From: Eledone cirrhosa | Taxonomy: Eukaryota | Length of the DNA stretch: 64,000 bases | Assembly (NCBI GenBank): GCA_964016885.1 | Contig: OZ024741.1 | Coordinates: 21,948,001-22,012,000 of the forward strand | Direction: 5' to 3' | Made by a program: the position numbers and the translations under genes | Shown: positions 49,376 to 63,230 of the stretch, piece after piece | Layout: each line of letters opens with the position of its first letter | How positions within the stretch are numbered: the stretch's first letter is position 1 | Notes under the pieces: generated by a model | Database searches by the model: none | What the model was told of the DNA's origin: nothing | The model's input: the letters and a program-made list of their open reading frames with translations, nothing else

Positions 49376-49452
49376 ACGAAGGAAATGTGGTAAGGAACCA
49401 GGTGGACCATAACGTACCAAAGTACTCAATACTTGAGGTAGTAGAGTGGGTA

Positions 49453-49625
49453 ATAGGAACCATTAAAACCCCGACAGCTGAGCTCAAGCCGTTTCGACGG
49501 CTAATTCTGGACTAAATGAAAATTTATCCTGGTATTTTTTCATAAAAATACCAGGATAAATTTTCATTTAGTCCAGAATTAGCCGTCGAAACGGCTTGAG
49601 CTCAGCTGTCGGGGTCTTACTGGTT

Positions 49626-49630
<5 letters not shown>
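49453..49630. repeat. Long near-perfect palindrome (~75-90-bp arms, 3-4-nt spacer)
   Basis: ACCCCGACAGCTGAGCTCAAGCCGTTTCGACGG...GGTATTTTT is mirrored by AAAAATACC...CCGTCGAAACGGCTTGAGCTCAGCTGTCGGGGT. Confidence 0.9.
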
Positions 49631-49697
<67 letters not shown>

Positions 49698-50084
49698 TAT
49701 GTGTGTGTTTGTGTATAAATATTCTCTCTCTATGTCTCTCTTTCAATCCACTCTCTCACAACCACTATCTCTTTCCTTCTACCTTTCTCTATTTCTATTT
49801 ATGAAGGTACCCGAAAAAAACCTGTATCTCGAGAACCCATGCTCTGATTTACACCAAACTTGTTTAATCCATTTGTATTCCCGTTTCAGGGGCAACTTTC
49901 AAAGTATTTTATTTCAATATACTGATTCTCCCAGCACTAATTTTGAAAAATATGGAGACATGCATGCTTCCCTGAAAAGGTTTAATAAGAACGAAACATC
50001 TCCGAGGTTGTCGACCATACTTACCAACATGAGATTAACATTATATTAGTTATTGTGCTCATGTTTTCTTCTTACTGTATAATC

Positions 50085-50295
50085 ATTGGCAGTATCGGTA
50101 GAGGGTCGGACGCTATGGTTTGCAGCATAGAGTTACGGCCCTTTATGATCTGAGTTCAAATCCCACCGAGGTTAACTTTGCCTTTCATCCTTACGGGGGT
50201 CGATAAAATAAAGTACCAGTAATGCACTGGGGTCGATCTAATCGACTTTCCCCTCCCCAAAATTACTGGCCTTGTGCCTATATAAGAAACCATTA
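50085..50295 (+). mobile_element. tRNA-derived SINE (similar copies at ~46315-46430 -, ~51420-51605 -, ~52445-52635 +, ~53150-53350 -)
   Basis: A-box-like TGGCAGTATCGG, B-box GAGTTCAAATCC and the conserved core. Confidence 0.8.
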
Positions 50296-50697
50296 TTTAA
50301 TTACCCATTCCTCCTGTGACCAATATATTCAGTATGCTGGCCTTAACTGATAGAACTGAATAGATAGGAATAAGGACAGAATCAGCTGTGGGTGTAACTA
50401 GGCCACATACTTGGACGACAGAGTTAAGGGAATGAATTCCACTCGGCGCCATTTTCTACATAGAAGATAACCGAAAACAGATAACAACAACAACAACATC
50501 AACAACAACATCAATGACATCAACACCAATGACATAACCACTATTACCACCACCACCACCACCACCATCACCACTACCACCACACGCCAGCACCAGCTCC
50601 ACCACAGCTACCACCACAACCACAATCATCATCAAAACCACTACCAGCACCACCACCATCACCACCATTACACTATCCTAAAGATGGTGGTGGGGAA

Positions 50698-50850
50698 GGC
50701 GCATGGCTTAGTGGTTAGAGCATTGGGCTTGCAATTGAAAGGTTGTGAGTTCAATTCTCGGACCGGGTGATGTTTTGTTTCCTTGAGCAAGACACTTTAT
50801 TTTAAGTTGCTCCAGTTTACCCAGCTGTAGAAATGAGATGACTGGGGACC
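50698..50850 (+). mobile_element. Second tRNA-derived SINE family
   Basis: TGGCTTAGTGGTTAGAGC (A box), GTGAGTTCAATTCTC (B box), then TTCCTTGAGCAAGACACTTTA...CTCCAGTTTACCCAGCTGTA. Confidence 0.65.
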
Positions 50851-51898
50851 CTATCTTTAAATCACCCAAGACACCTCCAACGAGATATACCTTGGAGAAG
50901 GCCAACTAAACCTGCATAGGTGTGAGCTGTCACACACACACACACACACACACACAAAGTACATATACTTGTGGCTGGGCACCGCTTGTGAAACTAATCA
51001 CCCGAAAATACTTCATTGAAATGAACTTACACCATGAATTCCTTAGATGGAGCCGGCTCAACCCACCCATGGGGAATGCCACCACAAGTAAGTAAGTAAA
51101 ATCAGGCCGGTGCCTACCCAGTTTCATTGGCGTTAAGTCTACTGCGAGCACAAGACAGGGTGCCAGACCATCGCAGGTGTTACCCAAACCTAGCTACTGT
51201 TGGTATTCATTTTCAACTGAGGGGATTTGAGCAACGTGAAATGAAGTGTTTTGCTCAAGAACACAACACCCTACTCGGTCCTAGGAATCGAACCCACAAC
51301 ATATCCTTCTAAATCACATATCAGGATATGTTGAAAATGTGATACTGGTTTCTCTTCGAAAGAACAAAAGTACGGGGTGGTCAATCATTTGTTTGCTTGA
51401 TCAGAGTTGACCTGCAATAATTGTTTCTCCTTTTGGCACAATTATTTGGCACAAGGCCAGCAATTATCCCAATGTATTACTGGTACTTTATTTTATCGAC
51501 CCCGGTAAGGATGAAAGGCAAAGTTAACCTCGGCGGGATTTGAACTCAGACCGTAAATGGCCGTAACTCTTTGCTGCAAAGCATGGCGTCCGATACTGCC
51601 AATCCAAACACAATCGAGGTTGCCTTTACTCGATCTCCTGACCTACTAGATATAACAGTCCAAATCCCCCTCATATCACATCCTACAATATAAAATAAAA
51701 TACAGATGCCACTAACACTATTCCTGAATAAATGATGGTTTGGTGGGGGACAAGCTAACCTAGTACTAAACAAAAATATATTAAGATGACCATCATCACC
51801 GCTCTCATTATCATCAGCACCACCACCACCAGGCACCACCACCACCACTACCACCAGCATCAGTACACCACCACCAGCACCATGACCGCCAATACACC

Positions 51899-51932
<34 letters not shown>

Positions 51933-53680
51933 TCACCATCGTCACCCCCTCCTATCAGAGTTTAAGCTTATAATCATCAATATTGTCTAATATTGTGTCA
52001 GGCCATTCGTGGTCAAAGTTTAAACATTTGTCGCTATTGTTTAGTTAAGTAATACATTCTAGTATTACAGTTTGAGCTTAGAATTGTCTCTAATTTCTGT
52101 GTTAGTCTAGACTTCACAGGTTTAAAGTTTAATCTTAGAATTGTCAATACTGTCTAGTCAGGTTAGACCTCCCAGAATTAAAGTTTAAACTTTAACATTA
52201 TCAATATTATTTAATTAGGTTAGAATTCTCAGGATTAAAGTTTGAGCTTAGAATTCATGCAATGGTGTGCTTCTTCCTGAGATGAAAGTTTGAATTTCAA
52301 TCACATCAAAATCAGCAACAACAGCAACCAGAACAAGCAGTTAATGTCAACATGCCTCGAGTAATTAACAATAAAAATCTAATCAAAACTTCTTATATGG
52401 TGAGTGACGAACAAATTAACGAATGATTAAATATTATGTCATGGGGCGGTAGATTGGCAGTATCGGTAGAGGGTCGGACACCATGCTTTGACGCATAGAG
52501 TTACGGCCCTTGCCATTCTGAGTTCAAATCTCGTCGAGGTTAACTTTGCCTTTCATCCTTACGGGGTCGATAAAATAAAGTACCAGTAATGCACTGGGTA
52601 ATTGCTGGCCTTGTGCCAAAAATAGAAACAATTATGTCATACATTCCAGCAAGTACGGGAGACAACTCTAGATATATTTCGGTCTAATTAGATTTCCTCA
52701 GCAAAGCATGGAGTTCACAGAATTTGCCGAAGTAAGGATGAAAAGGTCACTAATTAAATGTACATTAACGAACACGAATGGGCGTGAAAAATTAGATTAT
52801 TAATGTTTTTTTATATTAATTTCTGAGATTAATTCTTCATTGCACATCTGTTTCTATTTCCATATCTACCAACCATAACATCTTCCAATACATTCAGGCT
52901 ACACAAAAACAAATATTTAACTATTCTCTACCTGTCCTTCTTTCTCACTTTTTTCTTGTTTTATTTTTTTTGGCTGCCATTTTTTCTTCTTTTTTTTTTT
53001 TCTGATTTACCCCCCCCCCCCCCACTCTCTTGTTTTGTTTCTTAGTATAATGGTATCTGATTTAAGCACCAGACAGAGGAAAATTGTCTGCTCTTCCTGG
53101 CCAAAGGAAAGCGGCGGGTCGATCTTCACTATGGACTCGGCCGAAATAATAAAGGTTTCTGATTTAGCCACAAGGCCAACAATTTTTGGGGGAGGGGGAA
53201 AATCGATTAAATTGACCCCCGTGCATTACTGATACTTTATTTTATCGATCCCCTAAGGATGAAACACAAAGCTAACCTCGGCGGAATTTGAACTCGGAAC
53301 ATAAAGGGCCGTAACTCTATGCCACAAAGCGTGTTATCGGACGCTCTACAGGTAGTGGTGGAGGTGGTGGTGGTGCTGGTGCTGGTGGTAATGGTTGTGG
53401 TAGTGGTGGTGGTGGTGGTTGTGGTGGTGGTAGTGGTGGTGGTGGAGGTTGTGGTGGTGGTGCTGGTGATGGTGGCGGAGGTTGTAGCTTACAGTGTGGG
53501 ACTGTGTGCTGCCGTTATGGGGAGGGTCAAGCCACTTGGCCGCACCGGACTTTGTTCATACAGGAACATATGATTCCAGTTCCTCTGAGGACTAACAACA
53601 TACCCAGGAGCTGGACATATCGATGAATTAACAGAGCGGAACACATTACAACACCCTGTTTACCTATTCTTTCTACATTA

Positions 53681-53745
53681 ATTCGTACTGCCTGATGAGG
53701 TCACAGCCAATAATAGCTGTTACTGAAATATATATAGTAGTGAAT
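53681..53745 (+). ncRNA. Minimal type I hammerhead ribozyme with palindromic stem III
   Basis: ACTGC-CTGATGA-GGTCACAGC caataata GCTGTTACT-GAAA-TATATA-TA^-GTAGT, with extra ATTC/GAAT pairing; followed by an AT-rich tail and (TA)n. Confidence 0.75.
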
Positions 53746-53785
53746 TTATAATAAACGAAGCCAAATTTAACATGTTTGACTTACT

Positions 53786-53853
<68 letters not shown>

Positions 53854-54091
53854 ATACTTTGGGAGGGTCATGTTGCCAATAAGAAACACACGCACCAGTT
53901 GCTTTCACTCCAATTTATTATAAATTAAAAAAATTTATTTCCGGTTGGTTGGTTGATTCCACAACCGGACGGTTGTTCATATATTGTCAAAGTTCTTTCG
54001 TCACACATTCTGTGACCTCTTCAGTGACTGGGGATTCTTTTCTTTGTTTTGTGCCTCTCCTTTGTTCTGTCCTACGCCATCTTGTTTTTGA

Positions 54092-54171
<80 letters not shown>

Positions 54172-54736
54172 ATAGAGAAATTAATGTGAGCAAGAAGCCA
54201 ACAGTATTTCATAATATATAAGTGACTATAACGTCAAAATGGAAAATAATTGACGTAAGATATGGGAAAATAATTCAAATTATATTAAAAGAAAATCAAG
54301 ACAGATTTTATCCACAGATTTTGTGAAATCCAGGGAAAAAAACCAATAGAGTCTTAACTCAGAATAAAATAAAGTTTAAATACTCATTCTTCAATTTGGA
54401 AAAACTACAAATGCTCTATATAATCTTAAAAAGACTATTTCACGAAACTTTTCAGTGTGATTAGTCACGGTAGGAATCATTCCTCAGTAGAGCTCTACGC
54501 GATAACCAAAAGTTCCACTGACAAAATATGCCAGAAAGGGAAATTAAAAGCAAGCTAGTTCACCTCGTGCGGAATTATGAAAATAAACACACAGGGAGAA
54601 ACATGGCTGGTGACGACAGAATGAGACGAATGTCTGTTGACAAGAAACAGCAGTCAAAAACATTCCGAAAAAACTCTACAAAATGTAAGGAGTTCAGCAA
54701 AATAGCAATATTATCGCGTTTAAAAAAAAAAAAGAC

Positions 54737-54805
<69 letters not shown>

Positions 54806-54937
54806 AAAATGTATGACTCCAACGGCTTCAGCTCTGCCGTCGTTGTCAAACATTTTCATATTCCCCACTCTACTACCCTAAGTATTGAGTACTCTGGTGC
54901 GTTATGGTCCATCTGGTTCCTTACCACAACTCCTTCG

Positions 54938-55805
<868 letters not shown>

Positions 55806-55853
55806 TAATAAAATAATGAATAAACAAAGAAACAGTTCCTTATATTAAAAAAT

Positions 55854-55995
55854 TCATCATTTTACGATCGTTTCTAGGATATATATTTGTTAGTGTTGGT
55901 ATGCATATTCTATAGATCTATGTACAATATTTATACAAACTATCAGAGGGAATATACATACCTACACATATATATGCTGTCTTCAGAAATAATGA
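55854..55995 (-). ncRNA. Hammerhead-like motif in the 3' pLTR (further copies 59953-60094 - and 60562-60703 +)
   Basis: TCATTATTT-CTGAAGA...GAAA-CGATCG-TA^-AAATGATGA: 9-bp stem I, palindromic ACGATCGT stem III, long stem II whose base is mismatched. Confidence 0.6.
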
Positions 55996-57159
55996 TATTT
56001 GTTTATTGAAAAAAAAACAAAGATTCAATACAATAGGTCTGTTTGGGAACAGGTTTTGAATTGACCAATAGAGAGATAGTGAGAGTCAAGATAGTAATAT
56101 AGTAGTAGAATAACCTTAAATTATGGGTAGAGGAAGGTAGATTTCAGTTTTGGATGGAAAAGAATATTATGAATGAAGGAATATTTTAGGGAAGAAATAG
56201 GTCTTATGGTGACCTCAGAAATAATTTTATTTGTTCATTAAATAAAACCAACAAAGATCTAATATATTCTGTCTGTTTGGTATGAGGTTTAGAATTAACC
56301 AATAGAAAGTTAATAATTGGCCAAATGGTAAAATAGTAGTAATTGAAGCTTATTTTAGGGGTGAAAATAGGTCAGGTGGTCAGTAAAAGGTATACAAGCA
56401 GTTGCTGTTATAAAATAGTAATGCCAATACAAATATCTAAGGTGACTAAAGTTTTACGATAAGAATGTTAGTGAAAAAAATACATCTATGAAAAGAATAT
56501 AAATTAATTTAATTGATTGGTATATTTATATTGATAAAATTACACTAATACATATAGATATGATAAATAAAAGTTAGATGCAGTTGAAAAGTGTTGTTAA
56601 AGATGAGGGGAAATTAAAAGAATATAAAAATAATATATATATATATACGTATATATACATATATATATATACACATATATACACATACACACACACATAT
56701 ACACACATATATATATATATATATACACATTTATATATATATATATACATATACATGCATATATACATACATACATATATATATATACACACACATACAC
56801 ACTTACATATACATATAATTATTGGGAGGGGGGAGAGAATTAAATTTATTAGTGAGAAATAATAAATATATATAGTTTTCAAGGAACATAGAGTCATAAC
56901 CTGAAGTTAAAGCATTATATATGTTTACTTAATGGTATCAATTTTAGGAAATGATAGTTGTAAGAAGGAAAGCAAAATTATGTAGTTCATCAGTAGTAGA
57001 ATATTAATTATAGGTTAACTAAATTAAAAATAGTTTATATATTAATTTCTAAAGTGTATATTAATTAGGTTTATAATTATGTAGTTCATCAGTAGTAGAA
57101 TATTAATTATAGGTTAACTAAATTAAAAATAGTTTATATATTAAATTCTAAAGTGTATA

Positions 57160-59612
57160 TTAATTAGGTTTATAATATTTAAAGGTTTTTCTCAGTTTAT
57201 GATTACACGATATTATTAATTCCTGTCGCTTATTTAATAGGATATCCTTAGATTTCATTATTTCAAAAAGTTCTTGGGAACATAATCTACATTCATATCT
57301 ACTATTTTGATAAGGGGTGGCCCTTTTGAGCACACTCCAGGTCAGGTCATAATCTATATTCCTCTTTCTATAACTATTAATTATTTCAGCTAGAGATGTT
57401 GTATTAGCTAGTGCGGCATTTTTAAAACTATGTTTGTGGGTATTAAATCTTACCTTAAATTTGTTAGAGGTAGCTCCTATATATGAATAAATTGAGTCCT
57501 TAGTGTTAACTTTACATTTATATACTATGTTATTAACAAGGCAATTTCCTTTTAATGGACAGTTTGCCTTGTTTCTACAGTTACAATTTTTCGTGAATCC
57601 TGTATCTGAGGAGATATTATGGTTAGTTTGATGTACTGGTGGCATACTCATGGTTTTTTTACATTTATATGCATTATAGGCACTTATATTTTGTTTTATG
57701 TTTTTGGTTGTTGAGTAGGAGAATTTAACCGTTGATCTATTTAAAATTTGATGGTATTTGTGGTTTGGCGGGAAGTTTTTCTCTAGGATATTAAAGAATT
57801 TTTTAGGTATATTATCCTTAATTTGTAAATTAAATGGAGCATTATACCAAGTAACTCGTCTATTACGGTTTCGATGTTGTTTATTGTTTTTATAGGGTGC
57901 ATCCTGATGTTTATTAAGAGAATTATTGTTAATGACCTCACCACACACATTTCTAGTTAGATTTATTGATTTAGGTGTTTTAGCTTGTTTATTAGGAGTT
58001 TTATTATTAACATTTATTAGAGTTGTAGGATGAGTAGTTTTTTGAGAGTTACTATGCTGTATATTAGAAGAGTTAGAGAAATTTGGTTTTATGTTGGTGT
58101 TTTGGGGTATAGTGTGGGTGGCATTTAGGTGTGTATGTTTCATTTGGTGTTTGTTGGTAATATTAGGTTGTATGTTTGTAGTGTTATTGGTAGAAGGTAT
58201 ATATACTAATCTATTTTTGTGGCCACTTCTAGCTAGAGCTTCGTTATAAAAGGTCGCATTTTTATCAAATACATCTTGGTTAGACGAAAGGTTAGAAATT
58301 CTAAGTGATATATTATATGCAAGGTTTTTAAGGATAGATTTAGGGTGATTAGATTGTGAGTGTATGTAGTGTAAATTTTGGTTGGGTTTATGGTAAGGTT
58401 GGTAGATACCCGTAGCTAAGTCTAATGTTATATCTAGGAAATTAACTACTTTACTTGTGTTTTCAAATGTAATATCTAGACTATAATAGTCTTTAAGGAA
58501 AGTTCTAATAAGCTTTTTATTTTTTTCTATCTCTGAGAGGCTAAGGTTATTGGAAAGAAGAAGATAGTCGTCACGATATAAACCACCTTTAAGGTGGGGA
58601 AAGGAAGCATTTATGTTAAAAAGAAGAAAGAGGCCCACAAGAACAGTAATTTGGGCAGAATCGCTTGAGCCCATAGTAATATCGAATAGATTACTATATG
58701 TGTTTCTGGTCCAGTATTCATTCTGAAATTCCAATAGTGTTAGTCAAGCATGTGTAATAATATCAATGTCATCCAAAGTTAAGTTAGATCTATTTTTAGC
58801 AAATATCAAGGCTTTGTTCAGGAGTATAGGTGATATAGAATAATAATAATTATCTATATCAAATTGTAGAAATGAAGCAGAGGATTTATTTCTAATATTA
58901 TTAAACCAGTTAATTACCTGGGATGTGTTTTCCCAGAGTGGTAAATTAACATGTTTTCTTAGTTGTGGGATGACTCTATCTAAAATTTTTTTACTAATTA
59001 TTCCAATATCAGATTTGGAAGGGCATATAAGCCTTATAGAAGGATTAGAGTTAAAGTTAGATTTATGATCTTTCAGGTTGAAGTGTGGTCTTTTCAATGC
59101 CAAAGGTTCAGTTCTATCTTCAATATTAAGTCTATTCACTATGCTGTGTGTTTTGTTGTTTATGTTGGTAAGTGACGCATTGTTTGTTTTTATATAATTT
59201 TTCCTGAGTTCTTTATATATGAACTCATTGTAATTTTCAATATCCATGTGATATAGATTTCCAGTTTTGTCCGAGTGGACATGGATTTTTTTAGATTTTT
59301 TTAGGTCCAATAGGGTAGAGTCAAGGTCCTTTTGAAAATTAGATTTATACCTCTTAAATTTGAGGTGTTTGATTAAATTAAAAAGGTCTTTCTCAAAGTT
59401 TTCAAGTAAGGAGTCGTGTGGTGGATTTTTATATGTAGTGAAATCATACAAATATTTCCTATCAGTACATTTTGTTTTTTATCGAAGTGGTAGGCTCTCC
59501 ATCTGACTCTTCTGATAAATTGGTTGGTTTGTTGTATCATAAGAAGTAAGAAATCATCCTTAGAAGGTAATGGTATATTCTTTAAAGAAGTTCCCAAGTA
59601 TTGTTTTTCCAT
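57160..59612 (-). pseudogene. PLE polyprotein (RT + CxCx5C linker + GIY-YIG endonuclease); one frameshift (~59470) and one in-frame TGA (58744-58746)
   Basis: SLKNIP...FIRRVRWRA, FDIDNYY, MGS and LYRDD (RT); CNCRNKANCPLKGNC; IVYKC...YIGAT...RFNTH (GIY-YIG); CRLC...LLNKRQE. Confidence 0.9.
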
Positions 59613-60561
59613 TGTGATATGGATAATGGACAAGAAAAAGAGCTCAACTATTTATATATGGAGTTATAAAGTTATACACATATATGTATATATATATATA
59701 TAAATATATATACACATACAGTATAAAAATAAGAATATCCCCATGAAAAAAGGAGCAAAGTATGTAGATAAATCTACCAAAAGTTTACGGTAGTGTCCAA
59801 TCCGTATGAAGAACTCAATGTAATCCGGATATCATGAAAAGAGAAGATGCATTCAAAAACTACTTTCGGTGAAAAATAAACGGAAAACAGAGTCAAGATA
59901 AATTAATAAAATAATGAATAAACAAAGAAACAGTTCCTTATATTAAAAAAATTCATCATTTTACGATCGTTTCTAGGATATATATGTGTTAGAGTTGGTA
60001 TGCATATTCTATAGATCTATGTACAATATTTATACAAACTATCAGAGGGAATATACATACCTACACATATATATGCTGTCTTCAGAAATAATGATATTTG
60101 TTTATTGAAAAAAAAACAAAGATTCAATACAATAGGTCTGTTTGGGAACAGGTTTTGAATTGACCAATAGACCTATTTTCACCTGACCTATTTTCACCCC
60201 TAAAATAAGCTTCAATTACTACTATTTTATCATTTGGCCAATTATTAACTTTCTATTGGTTAATTCTAAACCTCTTACCAAACAGACAGAATATATTAGA
60301 TCTTTGTTGGTTTTATTCAATGAACAAATAAAATTATTTCTGAGGTCAGCATAAGACCTATTTCTTCCCTAAAATAATCCTTCATTCATAATATTCTTTT
60401 CCATCCAAAACTGAAATCTACCTTCCTCTACCCATAATTTAAGGTTCTTCTACTACTATATTACTATCTTGACCCTCACTATCTCTCTATTGGTCAATTC
60501 AAAACCTGTTCCCAAACAGACCTATTGTATTGAATCTTTGTTTTTTTTCAATAAACAAATA

Positions 60562-60703
60562 TCATTATTTCTGAAGACAGCATATATATGTGTAGGTATG
60601 TATATTCCCTCTGATAGTTTGTATAAATATTGTACATAGATCTATAGAATATGCATACCAACTCTAACACATATATATCCCAGAAACGATCGTAAAATGA
60701 TGA
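60562..60703 (+). ncRNA. Hammerhead-like motif in the 5' pLTR of the right PLE
   Basis: TCATTATTT-CTGAAGA-cagc-ATATATATGTGT...ACACATATATAT-ccca-GAAA-CGATCG-TA^-AAATGATGA. Confidence 0.6.
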
Positions 60704-61043
60704 ATTTTTTTAATATAAGGAACTGTTTCTTTGTTTATTCATTATTTTATTAATTTATCTTGACTCTGTTTTCCGTTTATTTTTCACCGAAAGTAGTTTT
60801 TGAATGCATCTTCTCTTTTCATGATATCCGGATTACATTGAGTTCTTCATACGGATTGGACACTACCGTAAACTTTTGGTAGATTTATCTACATACTTTG
60901 CTCCTTTTTTCATGGGGATATTCTTATTTTTATATTGTATGTGTATATATATTTATATATATATATATACATATATGTGTATAACTTTATAACTCCATAT
61001 ATAAATAGTTGAGCTCTTTTTCTTGTCCATTATCCATATCACA

Positions 61044-63230
61044 ATGGAAAAACAATACTTGGGAACTTCTTTAAAGAATATACCATTACCTTCTAAGGAT
61101 GATTTCTTACTTCTTATGATACAACAAACCAACCAATTTATCAGAAGAGTCAGATGGAGAGCCTACCACTTCGATAAAAAAACAAAATGTACTGATAGGA
61201 AATATTTGTATGATTTCACTACATATAAAAATCCACCACACAACTCCTTACTTGAAAACTTTGAGAAAGACCTTTTTAATTTAATCAAACACCTCAAATT
61301 TAAGAGGTATAAATCTAATTTTCAAAAGGACCTTGACTCTACCCTATTGGACCTAAAAAAATCTAAAAAAATCCATGTCCACTCGGACAAAACTGGAAAT
61401 CTATATCACATGGATATTGAAAATTACAATGAGTTCATATATAAAGAACTCAGGAAAAATTATATAAAAACAAACAATGCGTCACTTACCAACATAAACA
61501 ACAAAACACACAGCATAGTGAATAGACTTAATATTGAAGATAGAACTGAACCTTTGGCATTGAAAAGACCACACTTCAACCTGAAAGATCATAAATCTAA
61601 CTTTAACTCTAATCCTTCTATAAGGCTTATATGCTCTTCCAAATCTGATATTGGAATAATTAGTAAAAATTTTTTAGATAGAGTCATCCCACAACTAAGA
61701 AAACATGTTAATTTACCACTCTGGGAAAACACATCCCAGGTAATTAACTGGTTTAATAATATTAGAAATAAATCCTCTGCTTCATTTCTACAATTTGATA
61801 TAGATAATTATTATTATTCTATATCACCTATACTCCTGAACAAAGCCTTGATATTTGCTAAAAATAGATCTAACTTAACTTTGGATGACATTGATATTAT
61901 TACACATGCTAGACTAACACTATTGGAATTTCAGAATGAATACTGGACCAGAAACACATATAGTATCTATTCGATATTACTATGGGCTCAAGCGATTCTG
62001 CCCAAATTACTGATCTTGTGGGCCTCTTTCTTCTTTTTAACATAAATGCTTCCTTTCCCCACCTTAAAGGTGGTTTATATCGTGACGACTATCTTCTTCT
62101 TTCCAATAACCTTAGCCTCTCAGAGATAGAAAAAAATAAAAAGCTTATTAGAACTTTCCTTAAAGACTATTATAGTCTAGATATTACATTTGAAAACACA
62201 AGTAAAGTAGTTAATTTCCTAGATATAACATTAGACTTATCTACGGGTATCTACCAACCTTACCATAAACCCAACCAAAATTTACACTACATACACTCAC
62301 AATCTAATCACCCTAAATCTATCCTTAAAAACCTTGCATATAATATATCACTTAGAATTTCTAACCTTTCGTCTAACCAAGATGTATTTGATAAAAATGC
62401 GACCTTTTATAACGAAGCTCTAGCTAGAAGTGGCCACAAAAATAGATTAGTATATATACCTTCTACCAATAACACTACAAACATACAACCTAATATTACC
62501 AACAAACACCAACTGAAACATACACACCTAAATGACACTCACACTATACCACAAAATACCAACATAAAACCAAATTTCTCTAACTCTTCTAATATACAGC
62601 ATAGTAACTCTCAAAAAACTACTCATCCTACAACTCTAATAAATGTTAATAATAAAACTCCTAATAAACAAGCTAAAACACCTAAATCAATAAATCTAAC
62701 TAGAAATGTGTGTGGTGAGGTCATTAACAATAATTCTCTTAATAAACATCGAAACCGTAATAGACGAGTTACTTGGTATAATGCTCCATTTAATTTACAA
62801 ATTAAGGATAATATACCTAAAAAATTCTTTAATATCCTAGAGAAAAACTTCCCGCCAAACCACAAATACCATCAAATTTTAAATAGATCAACGGTTAAAT
62901 TCTCCTACTCAACAACCAAAAACATAAAACAAAATATAAGTGCCTATAATGCATATAAATGTAAAAAAAACCATGAGTATACCACCAGTACATCAAACTA
63001 ACCATAATATCTCCTCAGATACAGGATTCACGAAAAATTGTAACTGTAGAAACAAGGCAAACTGTCCATTAAAAGGAAATTGCCTTGTTAATAACATAGT
63101 ATATAAATGTAAAGTTAACACTAAGGACTCAATTTATTCATATATAGGAGCTACCTCTAACAAATTTAAGGTAAGATTTAATACCCACAAACATAGTTTT
63201 AAAAATGCCGCACTAGCTAATACAACATCT
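61044..63230 (+). pseudogene. PLE polyprotein, right copy: frameshifts at ~61965 and ~62965, 33-nt in-frame deletion, C-terminus deleted
   Basis: ORF pieces 61023-62045, 61982-63001 and 62940-63245; the sequence jumps from ...ANTTS directly to the CCCCCCTCCCAATAAT 3' region. Confidence 0.88.

Noticed and set aside
50698-50770. Bona fide tRNA gene
   Set aside because: A and B boxes are present but the acceptor stem is poor and the sequence continues into a SINE-type body.
56870-57100. CTGATGA motifs just after the PLE stop codon as an additional hammerhead
   Set aside because: No downstream GAAA/NUH arrangement restores stems I and III by eye.
58744-58746. In-frame TGA in the Naiad-type ORF as selenocysteine (some Naiads are reported to encode selenoproteins)
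   Set aside because: The sister copy has AGA (Arg) at this codon rather than TGA or Cys, and I see no convincing SECIS, so a nonsense mutation is simpler; a SECISearch run on the 3' region would settle it.
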